Origin: an uncultured Acidobacteriota bacterium
GTDB lineage: Bacteria; Acidobacteriota; UBA6911; RPQK01; CBDAPI01
Direction of reading: 5' to 3'
Length of the DNA: 64,000 nt
Assembly: GCA_964569605.1 (NCBI GenBank)
Contig: CAZMUJ010000099.1
Location: forward strand, 6,072 to 70,071
The notes under the pieces were generated by a model. It was not told where the DNA came from, made no database searches, and saw only the letters and a program-made list of their open reading frames with translations. Within the stretch, counting starts at the first letter, position 1; each line of letters starts with the position of its first letter. A program made the position numbers and the translations under genes. This document shows, piece after piece, positions 38,437-47,784 of the stretch.

Positions 38437-39433
38437 TGTAAATTTACCTTCTAAACAAACCGGCTTTCTCTTGTTGGGCACATATCTTTCTTTCCTAAAC
38501 TCTAGGGCTTTTCAGAATTTAATTAGAGCACTACTAGCAACTATGGGTGTTTTGGTGGTGACCTTTACTCTGATCCACCTAATTCCCGGTGATCCAGTGG
38601 AAATGTTATTGGGTGAAGCGGCTACAGAGGAGCTGGTTCTTGAATACCGGAGAATTCTAGGTCTTGAGGGAAGTCTGTTTGATCAATTTATTAGTTATCT
38701 AAGCTCGGTAGTACACGGAGACCTCGGAACTTCTTTGTTAACTAGGCAAAGTGTCAATGCAGTGGTTGCTCGAACACTGCCGCTAACAGCTTGGTTAATC
38801 ACTGTAACAATTGCAATGTCACTCTTGATGGCAATTCCTTTGGGTATTCTTGCGGCAATTTATAGAGGAACTTGGTTTGACCATGCTTTCCGCGTTTTCA
38901 CCTCTATTTCTCTGGCCACTCCCAGTTTTTATTCAGGCTTGCTACTGATTCTTTTTTTTGCCATTCAATTAAAGCTGGCGCCAGTAGCAGGCTATAATCC
39001 AGGGTTTCCAGGAAATCTATATTATCTGTGGTTGCCTGCTCTTACCATGAGTGGGGCGTTGGTTCCTATTCTTTCAAGAGTCTTGCAGAGTTCGATTGTG
39101 GATACTATGGAGCAGGAATTTGTGGAAACAGCTATTGTCAGAGGGCTTCCCAAATCTGTGTTGGTTTGGCGTTATCTTTTGCGACCCTCACTTGCCCCAA
39201 CTATTGGGCTTCTGGGTTACATCATTGGCCAATTGTTGAGTGCCACGGTAGTGGTTGAAATTGTTTTCAATCTTCCAGGAATGGGTACGGCCCTGGTGGT
39301 CGAAGGGGTGCTGCTTCGAGACTATCCTCTAGTCCAGGGCATCATTCTTGTGTTTGCCCTCATTGTAGTCATCGTTAGTTTCTTATCAGATATGTTGTGT
39401 GGATGGATTGATCCTAGGACTAAAATTTCATGA
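38429..39433 (+). CDS. ABC transporter permease (DppB/OppB-like)
   Basis: IPGDPV, GDLGTS, EAA-like loop QEFVETAIVRG, VEIVFNLPGMG, RDYPLVQG. Confidence 0.92.
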   Translation: MNNVNLPSKQTGFLLLGTYLSFLNSRAFQNLIRALLATMGVLVVTFTLIHLIPGDPVEMLLGEAATEELVLEYRRILGLEGSLFDQFISYLSSVVHGDLGTSLLTRQSVNAVVARTLPLTAWLITVTIAMSLLMAIPLGILAAIYRGTWFDHAFRVFTSISLATPSFYSGLLLILFFAIQLKLAPVAGYNPGFPGNLYYLWLPALTMSGALVPILSRVLQSSIVDTMEQEFVETAIVRGLPKSVLVWRYLLRPSLAPTIGLLGYIIGQLLSATVVVEIVFNLPGMGTALVVEGVLLRDYPLVQGIILVFALIVVIVSFLSDMLCGWIDPRTKIS

Positions 39434-40260
39434 AGTTGTCAAAGATAGCGTTTGTCAAAGATCTTAACCATTCAACGATCTGTGGTCTCGCTATTGTCAT
39501 GATGATCGTATTTCTCAGCATCATGGTCCCCCTTTTTAGTCCGTATAATCCTCTGGTTGGCGTAAGCGAACCCTTGTCTGCTCCCAGCCTTTCCAATTTT
39601 TTTGGAACTGATCAGCTGGGCCGAGATGTGTTCACGCGGACCTTTGCTTCAGGAAGGTTAGATCTTATGCTGGCCCTCATAGGGGTGGCAGGTCCGTTGT
39701 TCATTGGGACTTTACTGGGTGCTATTTTGGGGACAACTCGTAGTTCGCTGGTGGTTTGGTTCTGGCTGATGTTGATTGACGCCATCAATGCATTTCCTTT
39801 TATCGTTCTTGTGATCGCGATTGTTGCAATCATGGGTCCGGGGGTCAGTGGTCTACTCATTGGTTTAACGGCAGTTAACTGGGCTCGTTATGCCAAAATT
39901 GCTCGAGCTAGAGCGCTGATTTTACGGAGATCCGATTTTGTCGAGGTAACAAGAGTCCTTGGATATTCAAGAATTCGAGTTTTGGTCAGACACATTCTTC
40001 CGAATGTATTTAGTGAGACAATTGCCTATGGATTAAGCGATTTTGTTATCGTTGTGCTCGCTGTCTCGGCACTGTCTTTCCTAGGTGCTGGAGTCCGCCC
40101 CCCCACGGCTGAATGGGGTGCCATGATGGCAGACGGACGTGTTTATTTACAGACACATTGGTGGATCACAGTATTTCCAGGGCTTGCTTTGTCTCTTGCT
40201 GCAATCGGTGTTGCTCTGCTTGCCCATGGTTTGGTAGGACGTTACGCTGGAGAAAAATGA
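39430..40260 (+). CDS. ABC transporter permease (DppC/OppC-like)
   Basis: FGTDQLGRD, RHILPN, LSFLGAG..PPTAEWGAM. Confidence 0.92.
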   Translation: MKLSKIAFVKDLNHSTICGLAIVMMIVFLSIMVPLFSPYNPLVGVSEPLSAPSLSNFFGTDQLGRDVFTRTFASGRLDLMLALIGVAGPLFIGTLLGAILGTTRSSLVVWFWLMLIDAINAFPFIVLVIAIVAIMGPGVSGLLIGLTAVNWARYAKIARARALILRRSDFVEVTRVLGYSRIRVLVRHILPNVFSETIAYGLSDFVIVVLAVSALSFLGAGVRPPTAEWGAMMADGRVYLQTHWWITVFPGLALSLAAIGVALLAHGLVGRYAGEK

Positions 40261-40264
40261 AATA

Positions 40265-41305
40265 GTGGTCAGAAGTAAAGAAAAACCAACCATGAAATCG
40301 AAAGCCTCACTCGGTCAAACGGCTAATATTCTGGAAGTAGAAGGAGTGTGTATCAGTGTGCCTCAAGTGAAAGGGCCAATGCTAAATTTAATAGAGACAG
40401 CTGATTTTCAGCTTCGTAGTGACCAATCACTGGGTATTGTTGGGGAATCAGGCTCGGGAAAGACCATGCTGTGTCGGTCTCTAATCGGAACGCTAAGCCG
40501 GCATGGGGCAGTTGTTTCAGGGGGAAAAATTGTTTTTAAGGGACAGGACCTGACGGGTGTTGACGAGTCTACTTGGAGACAAATTAGGGGTCGTTGTATC
40601 GGTTACGTACCGCAGAGCTCGCTGGCTGGGCTCAATCCTGTTCTAACTGTTAGGACACAGCTATTAGAGGCTATTCGGGTGGTCAGAAAACTTGCTCCAA
40701 AAGAGGCTGAAGAAGAAGCAATACAACTTCTAGAACAGGTGCATATTGATCGACCTGTGGCGGTTTTGGATGCGCGATCTGACCAACTCTCTGGAGGAAT
40801 GAGACAACGTGTCATGATTGCCACTGCCATTGCTCAAAAACCTGATATTCTGATTGCTGATGAACCCACAACAGCGTTGGATGTCACCATTCAAAGTGAG
40901 ATTCTTGCCCTGATTAATAGCTTGCACAAGGAGTTGGGCATGGCACTTATTTTCGTGTCACACGATCTAGCCGTGGTTGAAGAAGTTTGTGATAGCGTCA
41001 TGGTTATGTACTCTGGGGCCTCAGTCGAGATTGGCCCTATTGATGCTGTGGTTGAAAATCCTTGTCATCCTTACACCAAGGCCCTTCTTGCCTCTCGGGT
41101 TGATCTGGCAACGGTTGGAAAAGAATTAGAAGCAGTTCCTGGAGACCCAGCTTCAGTAGGGGCCTGGCCTACAGGATGTCGATTCTGGCCCCGCTGTTCG
41201 TTGGTGGATGAACTGTGCAAACAAGGAGTCCAGCCTTCTTTAAAGGCTGTAAATAGTCAACAAACGGCCTGTTTGCGTGCCGATTTTCTAGAGAGGAATG
41301 CATGA
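40265..41305 (+). CDS. ABC transporter ATP-binding protein (DppD-like)
   Basis: GESGSGKT, LSGGMRQR, ADEPTTALD, HPYT, Cys-rich oligo_HPY tail. Confidence 0.92.
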   Translation: MVRSKEKPTMKSKASLGQTANILEVEGVCISVPQVKGPMLNLIETADFQLRSDQSLGIVGESGSGKTMLCRSLIGTLSRHGAVVSGGKIVFKGQDLTGVDESTWRQIRGRCIGYVPQSSLAGLNPVLTVRTQLLEAIRVVRKLAPKEAEEEAIQLLEQVHIDRPVAVLDARSDQLSGGMRQRVMIATAIAQKPDILIADEPTTALDVTIQSEILALINSLHKELGMALIFVSHDLAVVEEVCDSVMVMYSGASVEIGPIDAVVENPCHPYTKALLASRVDLATVGKELEAVPGDPASVGAWPTGCRFWPRCSLVDELCKQGVQPSLKAVNSQQTACLRADFLERNA

Positions 41306-42096
41306 ATCGGGCACTCCTTGAGGGCAGGGACATTACAGTCCAGTTTGGTCAGGGCTCAAATGCGTTTGAAGCAGTAAAGTCTGCATCTATGTACATTAAC
41401 TCAGGTGAAATTGTCGGAATAGTGGGGGAAAGTGGCAGTGGCAAGACAACTTTAGCCCGTGTTTTAGTGGGGCTCCAGCCTATCAGAGTGGGGGCGGTGT
41501 CACTGGAAGAGACTCTAGTTCTGAGTTCTAATTCAAAAAAGGAAATTCCAAAAAATGAGCGCTGGAAAATACAGATGGTTTTCCAGGATCCTTATTCCTC
41601 ACTCAATCCCCGGATACAGGCTTGGAAAACAGTGGCAGAAGTCTTTCAGGTCTGGAAAAAACTTTCGCCAAAACAAGGGAAGAAAGCAGCATTCGATCTG
41701 TTGCAATCGATTGGCATAACAGCCTCTCAAGCCAAGCGGTATCCAAGATCATTGTCAGGTGGTCAGCGTCAGCGGGTCAGCATTGCTCGTGCTCTTGCCC
41801 CAGGACCCAAAGTTCTTATAGCGGATGAACCGACTTCTTCCATCGACCAGTCTGCACAGGCTCAGTTAATAAATCTTTTAAATCGGCTTCAATCCGAACG
41901 GGATCTTGCGATCTTGTTTATTTCGCACGATTTGGCCCTTGTACGCTATATAACATCCCGTGTATATGTAATGAAGCAAGGATGTATCGTAGAGGAAGGG
42001 AACACCAAGACTGTTTTGCATCGCCCAAAACATCCTTATACAAAACTTCTGTTAGAATCGCTTCCTGGTAAAGTACATCAACAGTCATCCTCCTAA
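41302..42096 (+). CDS. ABC transporter ATP-binding protein (DppF-like)
   Basis: GESGSGKT, FQDPYSSLNP, LSGGQRQR, ADEPTSSID, HPYT. Confidence 0.92.
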   Translation: MNRALLEGRDITVQFGQGSNAFEAVKSASMYINSGEIVGIVGESGSGKTTLARVLVGLQPIRVGAVSLEETLVLSSNSKKEIPKNERWKIQMVFQDPYSSLNPRIQAWKTVAEVFQVWKKLSPKQGKKAAFDLLQSIGITASQAKRYPRSLSGGQRQRVSIARALAPGPKVLIADEPTSSIDQSAQAQLINLLNRLQSERDLAILFISHDLALVRYITSRVYVMKQGCIVEEGNTKTVLHRPKHPYTKLLLESLPGKVHQQSSS

Positions 42097-42480
42097 AAAA
42101 TTATTATGTTGTGGAAGAAACTGGACTCTAATAAAGGTTTTCCAGAAAACCGTCATTGTTTGTTTTCAGCGGGATGTTGTTTGAAACCCCTCCAAGTACA
42201 GCTTCTTGGCTAGGATCTGAGGGTTTTTTCTAAGAGTGCCTCAAAATAACAGATATCTCTTATTGTTGATGCCAATTATTTTTTGTTCAGTTCCAACTAA
42301 AAAACGGGGTGCTCCTATGTATCAAGTCGGTGAATGCTGATGACCCTAGGGATTGTAGCAATAGAGGCCATCTTGGGGGAGTGGATCCCGCAGTAAAATT
42401 GTCGAGACGGCTTTCCAAGTCTGAAAAGGAAGTTTTCTATTAACAAGATGAGTTTGAGATTAATTTAATAACATTAAAGC

Positions 42481-44625
42481 ATGTTGAGAACTAGCAAACT
42501 GATAGTCAGAAAAAATAGCCGCCTGAGAAGGATATTTTGTCTTTTTTTGGTGGTCTATCTAAGTACTTCTTTGCCAGTAAATGCGTATATCGGACCCGGG
42601 GCAGGCGTGGCCTTTGTTTCCTCTTTTCTGGTTGTAATTGTTACTTTTTTACTAGCTTTTTTAACGATTGTGACTTGGCCACTTCGTTGGATGATTCACA
42701 AACTTCGCGGACGAATAGCTTTGGGGAAAAGTCGAGTCCGGCGAGTAGTAATTTTGGGACTAGATGGTCAGGATCCTCAACTTACCGAAAAATTTCTGGA
42801 AGAAGGGGACTTGCCGAATTTTTCTCGACTTCGTAGAGATGGATCATATACTCGCCTTCAGACTTCGTTACCCGCTGAATCACCTGTAGCTTGGGCAAGC
42901 TTTCAAACCGGTTGCAATCCTGGTAAGCATCGAGTTTTTGACTTTCTTGTTCCCAACCGCAAGTCTTATTTGCCCGAACTTTGCTCAGCACGGGTTGAAC
43001 CCCCTAGGCGGAGTCTAAAGATTGGATCTTACAGGATACCTTTGAGCAAACCCCTAATTAAGTCCGAACGTAGGAGCCAGTCTTTTTGGAAAATATTGGG
43101 TGATTCTGGGATATTCAGTAACATAATTCGTGTTCCAACTAGCTTTCCTCCAGAAAAGTTTCGGGGAGTGTTGCTTTCGGCGATGTCTGTGCCAGACCTT
43201 CGGGGAACTCAGGGAACGTTTTCCTACTATAGCAGTGATCCCAGAGAGGTAGAGACATTTACGGGAGGAGAACGGATTTTGGTGAAAGGAAATAAAGGTT
43301 TGTTTAAAACCTTTATTCTTGGTCCAGAGAATCCGATTAGAAAGCCGGTAAGGACGATGAAACTTTCGTTACAGATTAAGATAGGTTTGAACGATTGCGA
43401 TGCTTGTTTAAGGATAGGGAAAAAGGAGTACAAGCTCTTAACTAGAGAATATAGCGAGTGGATTCCACTCAAATTCCGAGCTGGTCTAGGCATCAATGTG
43501 CATGGCATGTGTCGGTTTCTTCTCCTAGAAACTTCACCGCATTTGAAGCTCTACATGGGTCCTATCAATATTGCTCCGGATCGACCAGTTTTGCCGATAT
43601 CCCATCCTGCAACCTACTCCATGTATCTTTCGAAAACACAGGGAAAGTTTTGCACTTTGGGACTTGCTGAAGATACTTGGGCTCTCAATGAAGGAGTTTT
43701 GGACGAAAAGGACTTTTTAAAGCAAGCATTTTTGGTCCACGAAGAGCGCAAAAAAATGTTTTTTGATGCCCTCGATCAGACAAGACAAGGATTGATAGTC
43801 TGTGTTTTCGATATCACCGATCGAATTCAACACATGTTTTGGCGTTATCTTGAGGAAGATCATCCTGCCAATACGGTGAAAGATACTAAGGAGCATAGAG
43901 ATGAAATTCGGAATCTGTATCGTAGGATGGACACGCTTCTTGGTCAGACATTGGAGAAAATCGATGATGAAACTTTAGTCATAGTAATGTCTGACCATGG
44001 TTTTAACTCCTTTCGTCGAGGGGTTAACCTCAATACTTGGTTGTATCAGAACGGTTATCTAACTATGAATAAATCCCCTCATGGGAAGGAATGGTTTCAT
44101 GATGTGGACTGGGAAAAAACCAGAGCTTACGCGGTAGGCCTGGGAGGTATTTACTTGAATTTAGCAGGGAGAGAGAGTCAGGGAGTAGTTCCGAGTTGCG
44201 ACACACAAAAGTTGAAAAAAGAGCTTTGTTCCAAGCTGAAAGGCCTGAGGGATGATCAGACAGGAGAATTGGCAATCAGAGAAGTTTATGATACGCATAA
44301 AGTTTATTCTGGTCCGTACGTGGCTGATGGCCCAGATCTAGTAGTGGGTTTCAGTACAGGTTACCGTGCATCTTGGCTTTCTGTGACTGGTGGTGTCACA
44401 GATCAAGTTCTCGAAAACAACCTGAAAAGTTGGAGCGGGGATCACTGCATTAATCCCCCGGAAGTTCCGGGAATTCTTTTCTGCAATTCCAAAATTGATC
44501 GAACTCACATCGAAATCACGGACATAGCACCCACGGTTTTGGATCTCTTTGGAGTTCCCATCCCAAAGTGGATGGACGGCAATCCATTCCTTTGTAACCG
44601 AAAAACGGAGAACGACGAGAATTGA
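42481..44625 (+). CDS. AlkP-superfamily (type I phosphodiesterase/NPP-like) enzyme A, membrane anchored
   Basis: Signal peptide ending PVNA, then YIGPGAG + TM + basic patch. Motifs ILGLDG, LPAESPVAW..F.TG.NPGKH..FDF, MSDHGF, GPDLVVG, WSGDH. Confidence 0.88.
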   Translation: MLRTSKLIVRKNSRLRRIFCLFLVVYLSTSLPVNAYIGPGAGVAFVSSFLVVIVTFLLAFLTIVTWPLRWMIHKLRGRIALGKSRVRRVVILGLDGQDPQLTEKFLEEGDLPNFSRLRRDGSYTRLQTSLPAESPVAWASFQTGCNPGKHRVFDFLVPNRKSYLPELCSARVEPPRRSLKIGSYRIPLSKPLIKSERRSQSFWKILGDSGIFSNIIRVPTSFPPEKFRGVLLSAMSVPDLRGTQGTFSYYSSDPREVETFTGGERILVKGNKGLFKTFILGPENPIRKPVRTMKLSLQIKIGLNDCDACLRIGKKEYKLLTREYSEWIPLKFRAGLGINVHGMCRFLLLETSPHLKLYMGPINIAPDRPVLPISHPATYSMYLSKTQGKFCTLGLAEDTWALNEGVLDEKDFLKQAFLVHEERKKMFFDALDQTRQGLIVCVFDITDRIQHMFWRYLEEDHPANTVKDTKEHRDEIRNLYRRMDTLLGQTLEKIDDETLVIVMSDHGFNSFRRGVNLNTWLYQNGYLTMNKSPHGKEWFHDVDWEKTRAYAVGLGGIYLNLAGRESQGVVPSCDTQKLKKELCSKLKGLRDDQTGELAIREVYDTHKVYSGPYVADGPDLVVGFSTGYRASWLSVTGGVTDQVLENNLKSWSGDHCINPPEVPGILFCNSKIDRTHIEITDIAPTVLDLFGVPIPKWMDGNPFLCNRKTENDEN

Positions 44626-46604
44626 AAATGAACAAGTATATTGTGTGGGTTTTCGTCCTGATTGTTTTTACAGTTTGTTCGAGTCAGGCAACTCCTTCAA
44701 GACGAGTATTTATTTTGGGCATTGATGGCCTAGATCCAACGATTCTAGAGGAATTCATGGATGAGGAACTGCTGCCTAATTTCAAGGCTTTGGTCAAAGA
44801 GGGAGATATGGCGCGTTTGACCACAACCATGCCTCCCCTAAGTCCTGTGGCTTGGTCTACTTTCATTACAGGGTTGGATTCCTCTGGACACGGGATTTTC
44901 GATTTTATCCATAGAGACCCTGTCACTTATTTGCCAGAGTTCTCAATCGCTAGGTCAATTCCTTCAGATGTCTCTATCTCTCTTGGTTCTTGGGTTCTTC
45001 CTTTAAAGAGGGCATCCATTAAACAGTTAAGGAAAGGTACTTCTTTTTGGGAGATCCTTGAAAAGCAGGGTGTGCCAACCACTATATTTCGAATGCCGGT
45101 GAATTTTCCACCCAATTCTCCTGGATACTCTTTGTCTGGGATGGGTACTCCAGATCTCTTGGGTACTCAGGGTGGCACCTTTACTCTTTTTACCACTAGC
45201 CCTCCCCCTCAGGCATCTCGTATTAGTGGTGGCCGATTTTATAGGGTGGCAGTCATCAACAATAGGTTATATTTACGATTGGAAGGTCCAGATAACCCAT
45301 TTAGAAAAGAAACACTTTCTTCACTTTCAAAAACGAATGAAACCCATCATAGAGCTAAGCTGGGTCTTGATTTCAAGGTTTTCGTGGACCCTAAAAACCC
45401 ATCTGCGAAATTGGAAGTTCAGGGACAAGAATTTGTTCTCCAAGAGGGTGAGTGGAGTGATTGGATTTTATTAGAGTTTGAAGCGATTCCCTACCTGGTC
45501 TCGGTTAGCGCCACAGCTCGCTTTTATTTAAAACAAGTGCAGCCAGACTTTGAGCTTTACGTATCGCCACTTCAAATTAATCCAGAAGATCCAGCTATGC
45601 AAATCTCAACACCGAACAATTGGTCTAAGCAATTGTTCCAAAAACTGGGACATTTCTATACACAGGAGCTTCCAGAGGATACTAAAGCCTTTTCAGCAGG
45701 AGTTTTTTCTGGAAAAGAATTCTGGGAGCAATCACAATTTGTTTACGTTGAACAGATGAAGGCTCTTCGCCACCTGTTAGGGCGGTTTCAAGAAGGTCTT
45801 TTATTCTTTTATTTTTCTTCAGTCGATCAGGGTAGTCACATGCTTTGGAGGTATTTTGATCCAAAACACCCCGCTTACGTCAATGATCCGGGCCTACAGG
45901 ATTCTATCAAGACGTTGTATCGGGAAATGGATGAAGCTCTAGGACTTATACGTGAGAAACTAGAGAAAGAAGATACCTTGATAGTAATGTCCGATCATGG
46001 ATTTGCTCCTTTTTATTGGCAGGTGAATTTAAATTCATGGTTGTTGAAAAACGGTTACATTCACCTTAAGGACCCTAAAAAACACAATTTTCCCTTGTTT
46101 TCCAATGTGGACTGGTCAAGGACCTCTGCTTACTCTTTAGGCCTAAACGGTATCTACATAAATCTCAAAGGAAGGGAAGGCCAGGGAATTGTTTTGAAAG
46201 GTGAAGATTACAAAGGGCTTATGAGTCGGCTTGAAAGAGATCTTATGTCGATGACAGACCTGAGAAACGGCAACTTTCCAGTTAGCTTTGTCAGAAGAAA
46301 ACCTAGGCAATTACTGGAAAATCATGGTCCCGATTTAATTGTTGGATACAGAAGAGGATATAGAACTTCATGGGAGAGTCCTCTTGGAGGGTTCACTACA
46401 GAAGTTTTTGAGGATAACCATAATGCCTGGAGTGGTGACCATAGTATCGATTATCGTTTAGTCCCAGGTGTTTTGTTAAGTAATCGAAAAATCAAAATAT
46501 CCAATCCGGCACTGTATGACCTGACCGTTGCAGTTCTAGACGAGTTTGGCGTGGAAAAGCTCCCAGAAATGATTGGACAAGACTGCCTAGAAGACAAAGA
46601 TTAG
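44622..46604 (+). CDS. AlkP-superfamily (type I phosphodiesterase/NPP-like) enzyme B, exported paralog
   Basis: Single N-terminal signal peptide; ILGIDG, MPPLSPVAW..F.TG..HGIFDF, MSDHGF, GPDLIVG, WSGDH. Colinear with enzyme A along its whole length. Confidence 0.88.
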   Translation: MKMNKYIVWVFVLIVFTVCSSQATPSRRVFILGIDGLDPTILEEFMDEELLPNFKALVKEGDMARLTTTMPPLSPVAWSTFITGLDSSGHGIFDFIHRDPVTYLPEFSIARSIPSDVSISLGSWVLPLKRASIKQLRKGTSFWEILEKQGVPTTIFRMPVNFPPNSPGYSLSGMGTPDLLGTQGGTFTLFTTSPPPQASRISGGRFYRVAVINNRLYLRLEGPDNPFRKETLSSLSKTNETHHRAKLGLDFKVFVDPKNPSAKLEVQGQEFVLQEGEWSDWILLEFEAIPYLVSVSATARFYLKQVQPDFELYVSPLQINPEDPAMQISTPNNWSKQLFQKLGHFYTQELPEDTKAFSAGVFSGKEFWEQSQFVYVEQMKALRHLLGRFQEGLLFFYFSSVDQGSHMLWRYFDPKHPAYVNDPGLQDSIKTLYREMDEALGLIREKLEKEDTLIVMSDHGFAPFYWQVNLNSWLLKNGYIHLKDPKKHNFPLFSNVDWSRTSAYSLGLNGIYINLKGREGQGIVLKGEDYKGLMSRLERDLMSMTDLRNGNFPVSFVRRKPRQLLENHGPDLIVGYRRGYRTSWESPLGGFTTEVFEDNHNAWSGDHSIDYRLVPGVLLSNRKIKISNPALYDLTVAVLDEFGVEKLPEMIGQDCLEDKD

Positions 46605-46673
46605 ATCAGGTGGTATGCAACAGAGCTTGAGGAATTCAACTTGTTTGGCTAGTTATTCTCTGAGGAAGTAATT

Positions 46674-46865
46674 ATGTTTAGTCCCAAGATAAAAATCAAA
46701 AAACATTTGATGGAAAAAATCAAAAAGCATTCTCGTGTTTCTGGTTATTCTTCGGTTGAGGAGTTTGTGGAACACACCCTTGAAAAAGAGTTATCCAAAC
46801 TAGAAGGTGCTTCCTCTGAAGAGGAAATAAAAAAGAGACTCAAAGGGCTTGGGTATATTTCATAG
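46674..46865 (+). CDS. 63-aa ribbon-helix-helix (CopG-like) protein with C-terminal RLKGLGYI helix
   Basis: GAGGA ribosome-binding site upstream; PKIKIKKHLMEKIK (strand-helix), GYSSVEEFVEHTLEKEL (helix), EEEIKKRLKGLGYIS tail. Confidence 0.75.
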   Translation: MFSPKIKIKKHLMEKIKKHSRVSGYSSVEEFVEHTLEKELSKLEGASSEEEIKKRLKGLGYIS

Positions 46866-46935
46866 ATATTTTAGGTTGAGATTTTTTAGTTTTTCTTTAT
46901 CTAAGCCCCGAAAGTAGTTATTGACTGAGTGAAAC

Positions 46936-47763
46936 ATGATTAAACTCGCATACAGCATCAATGGATTTGTGGAGACTTTTCTTTCTTTTTTTCTATGGCC
47001 TTTTCAAAGTTTGGAGCCAGTTTGGGGGTTAGTATTTATTTCTTTCTTGACAGGTGTTTCCATTGTCTGGGGTTACAAGCTGGTGTCCAACCAATCAGAA
47101 ATTGTCAAGGCGCGAGATAAAATCAGAGGTAACTTAATAGGTATTAGGCTTTATCAGCATGACCTGCAGACAGTTCTCCGCCTACAACTGAAGACACTAA
47201 AATATACGCTACGTTATATGGGTTATTCTTTGTTGCCAATGTTGGTTTTGTCGACGCCGATGATGTTTCTTCTAATACAGCTAAATTATAACTTTAGTTT
47301 TCGCCCATTCCTTCCGGAAGAGGTCACTCTCCTTAAGGCTACCTTTAAAAATCCAGACCTTTTAGAGGAGGTAAATTTAGAAGTTCCTTCTTCAGTCGTG
47401 ATAGAAACACTTCCTGTAAACATTCCTAGTTTGGGTGAAATCGCTTGGAGGATTCGTCTAAAAGAAGCCGGACAGCATTTTCTGAAATTTCATGTAGGAA
47501 ACCAGATAGTCAACAAAGAACTCTATGTAGGAACTAAATGGCAGAAAGTCTCTCCCCTCAAATCTTCTATTTTTTCCGATGTCCTCTTTTATTACGGTGA
47601 AGAGCCTTTCCCACATTCTTTCCAGTTGTCAAAGATCGAAGTGATCTATCCTTCCCTTTCAATTCAGGTTTTTGGGTGGGAGCTTCACTGGCTTTGGGTT
47701 TTTTTCGTAGTTTCTTTGGGGACAGCTTTTGTTTGCAAACGACCTTTGGGTGTGGCGATATAA
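46936..47763 (+). CDS. DUF106/EMC3/TMCO1-like (Oxa1-superfamily) three-TM membrane protein with inserted soluble domain
   Basis: Amphipathic N-helix; TM1 ending ..YKLVSNQ; helical hairpin; TM2 LPMLVLSTPMMFLLIQL; ~120-aa beta-rich insert; TM3 WLWVFFVVSLGTAFVCKR. Pattern recognition only. Confidence 0.6.
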   Translation: MIKLAYSINGFVETFLSFFLWPFQSLEPVWGLVFISFLTGVSIVWGYKLVSNQSEIVKARDKIRGNLIGIRLYQHDLQTVLRLQLKTLKYTLRYMGYSLLPMLVLSTPMMFLLIQLNYNFSFRPFLPEEVTLLKATFKNPDLLEEVNLEVPSSVVIETLPVNIPSLGEIAWRIRLKEAGQHFLKFHVGNQIVNKELYVGTKWQKVSPLKSSIFSDVLFYYGEEPFPHSFQLSKIEVIYPSLSIQVFGWELHWLWVFFVVSLGTAFVCKRPLGVAI

Positions 47764-47784
47764 TTGTTTTGAAGGAGTGCTTTC

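Noticed and set aside
42306-42352. TPP-riboswitch-like fragments (ggggtgc...gctga..accc..aggga) upstream of the AlkP operon
   Set aside because: The GCUGAGA junction is imperfect, the whole P4/P5 arm (ACCUGA...AAU...CG) is missing, and the downstream genes are unrelated to thiamine.
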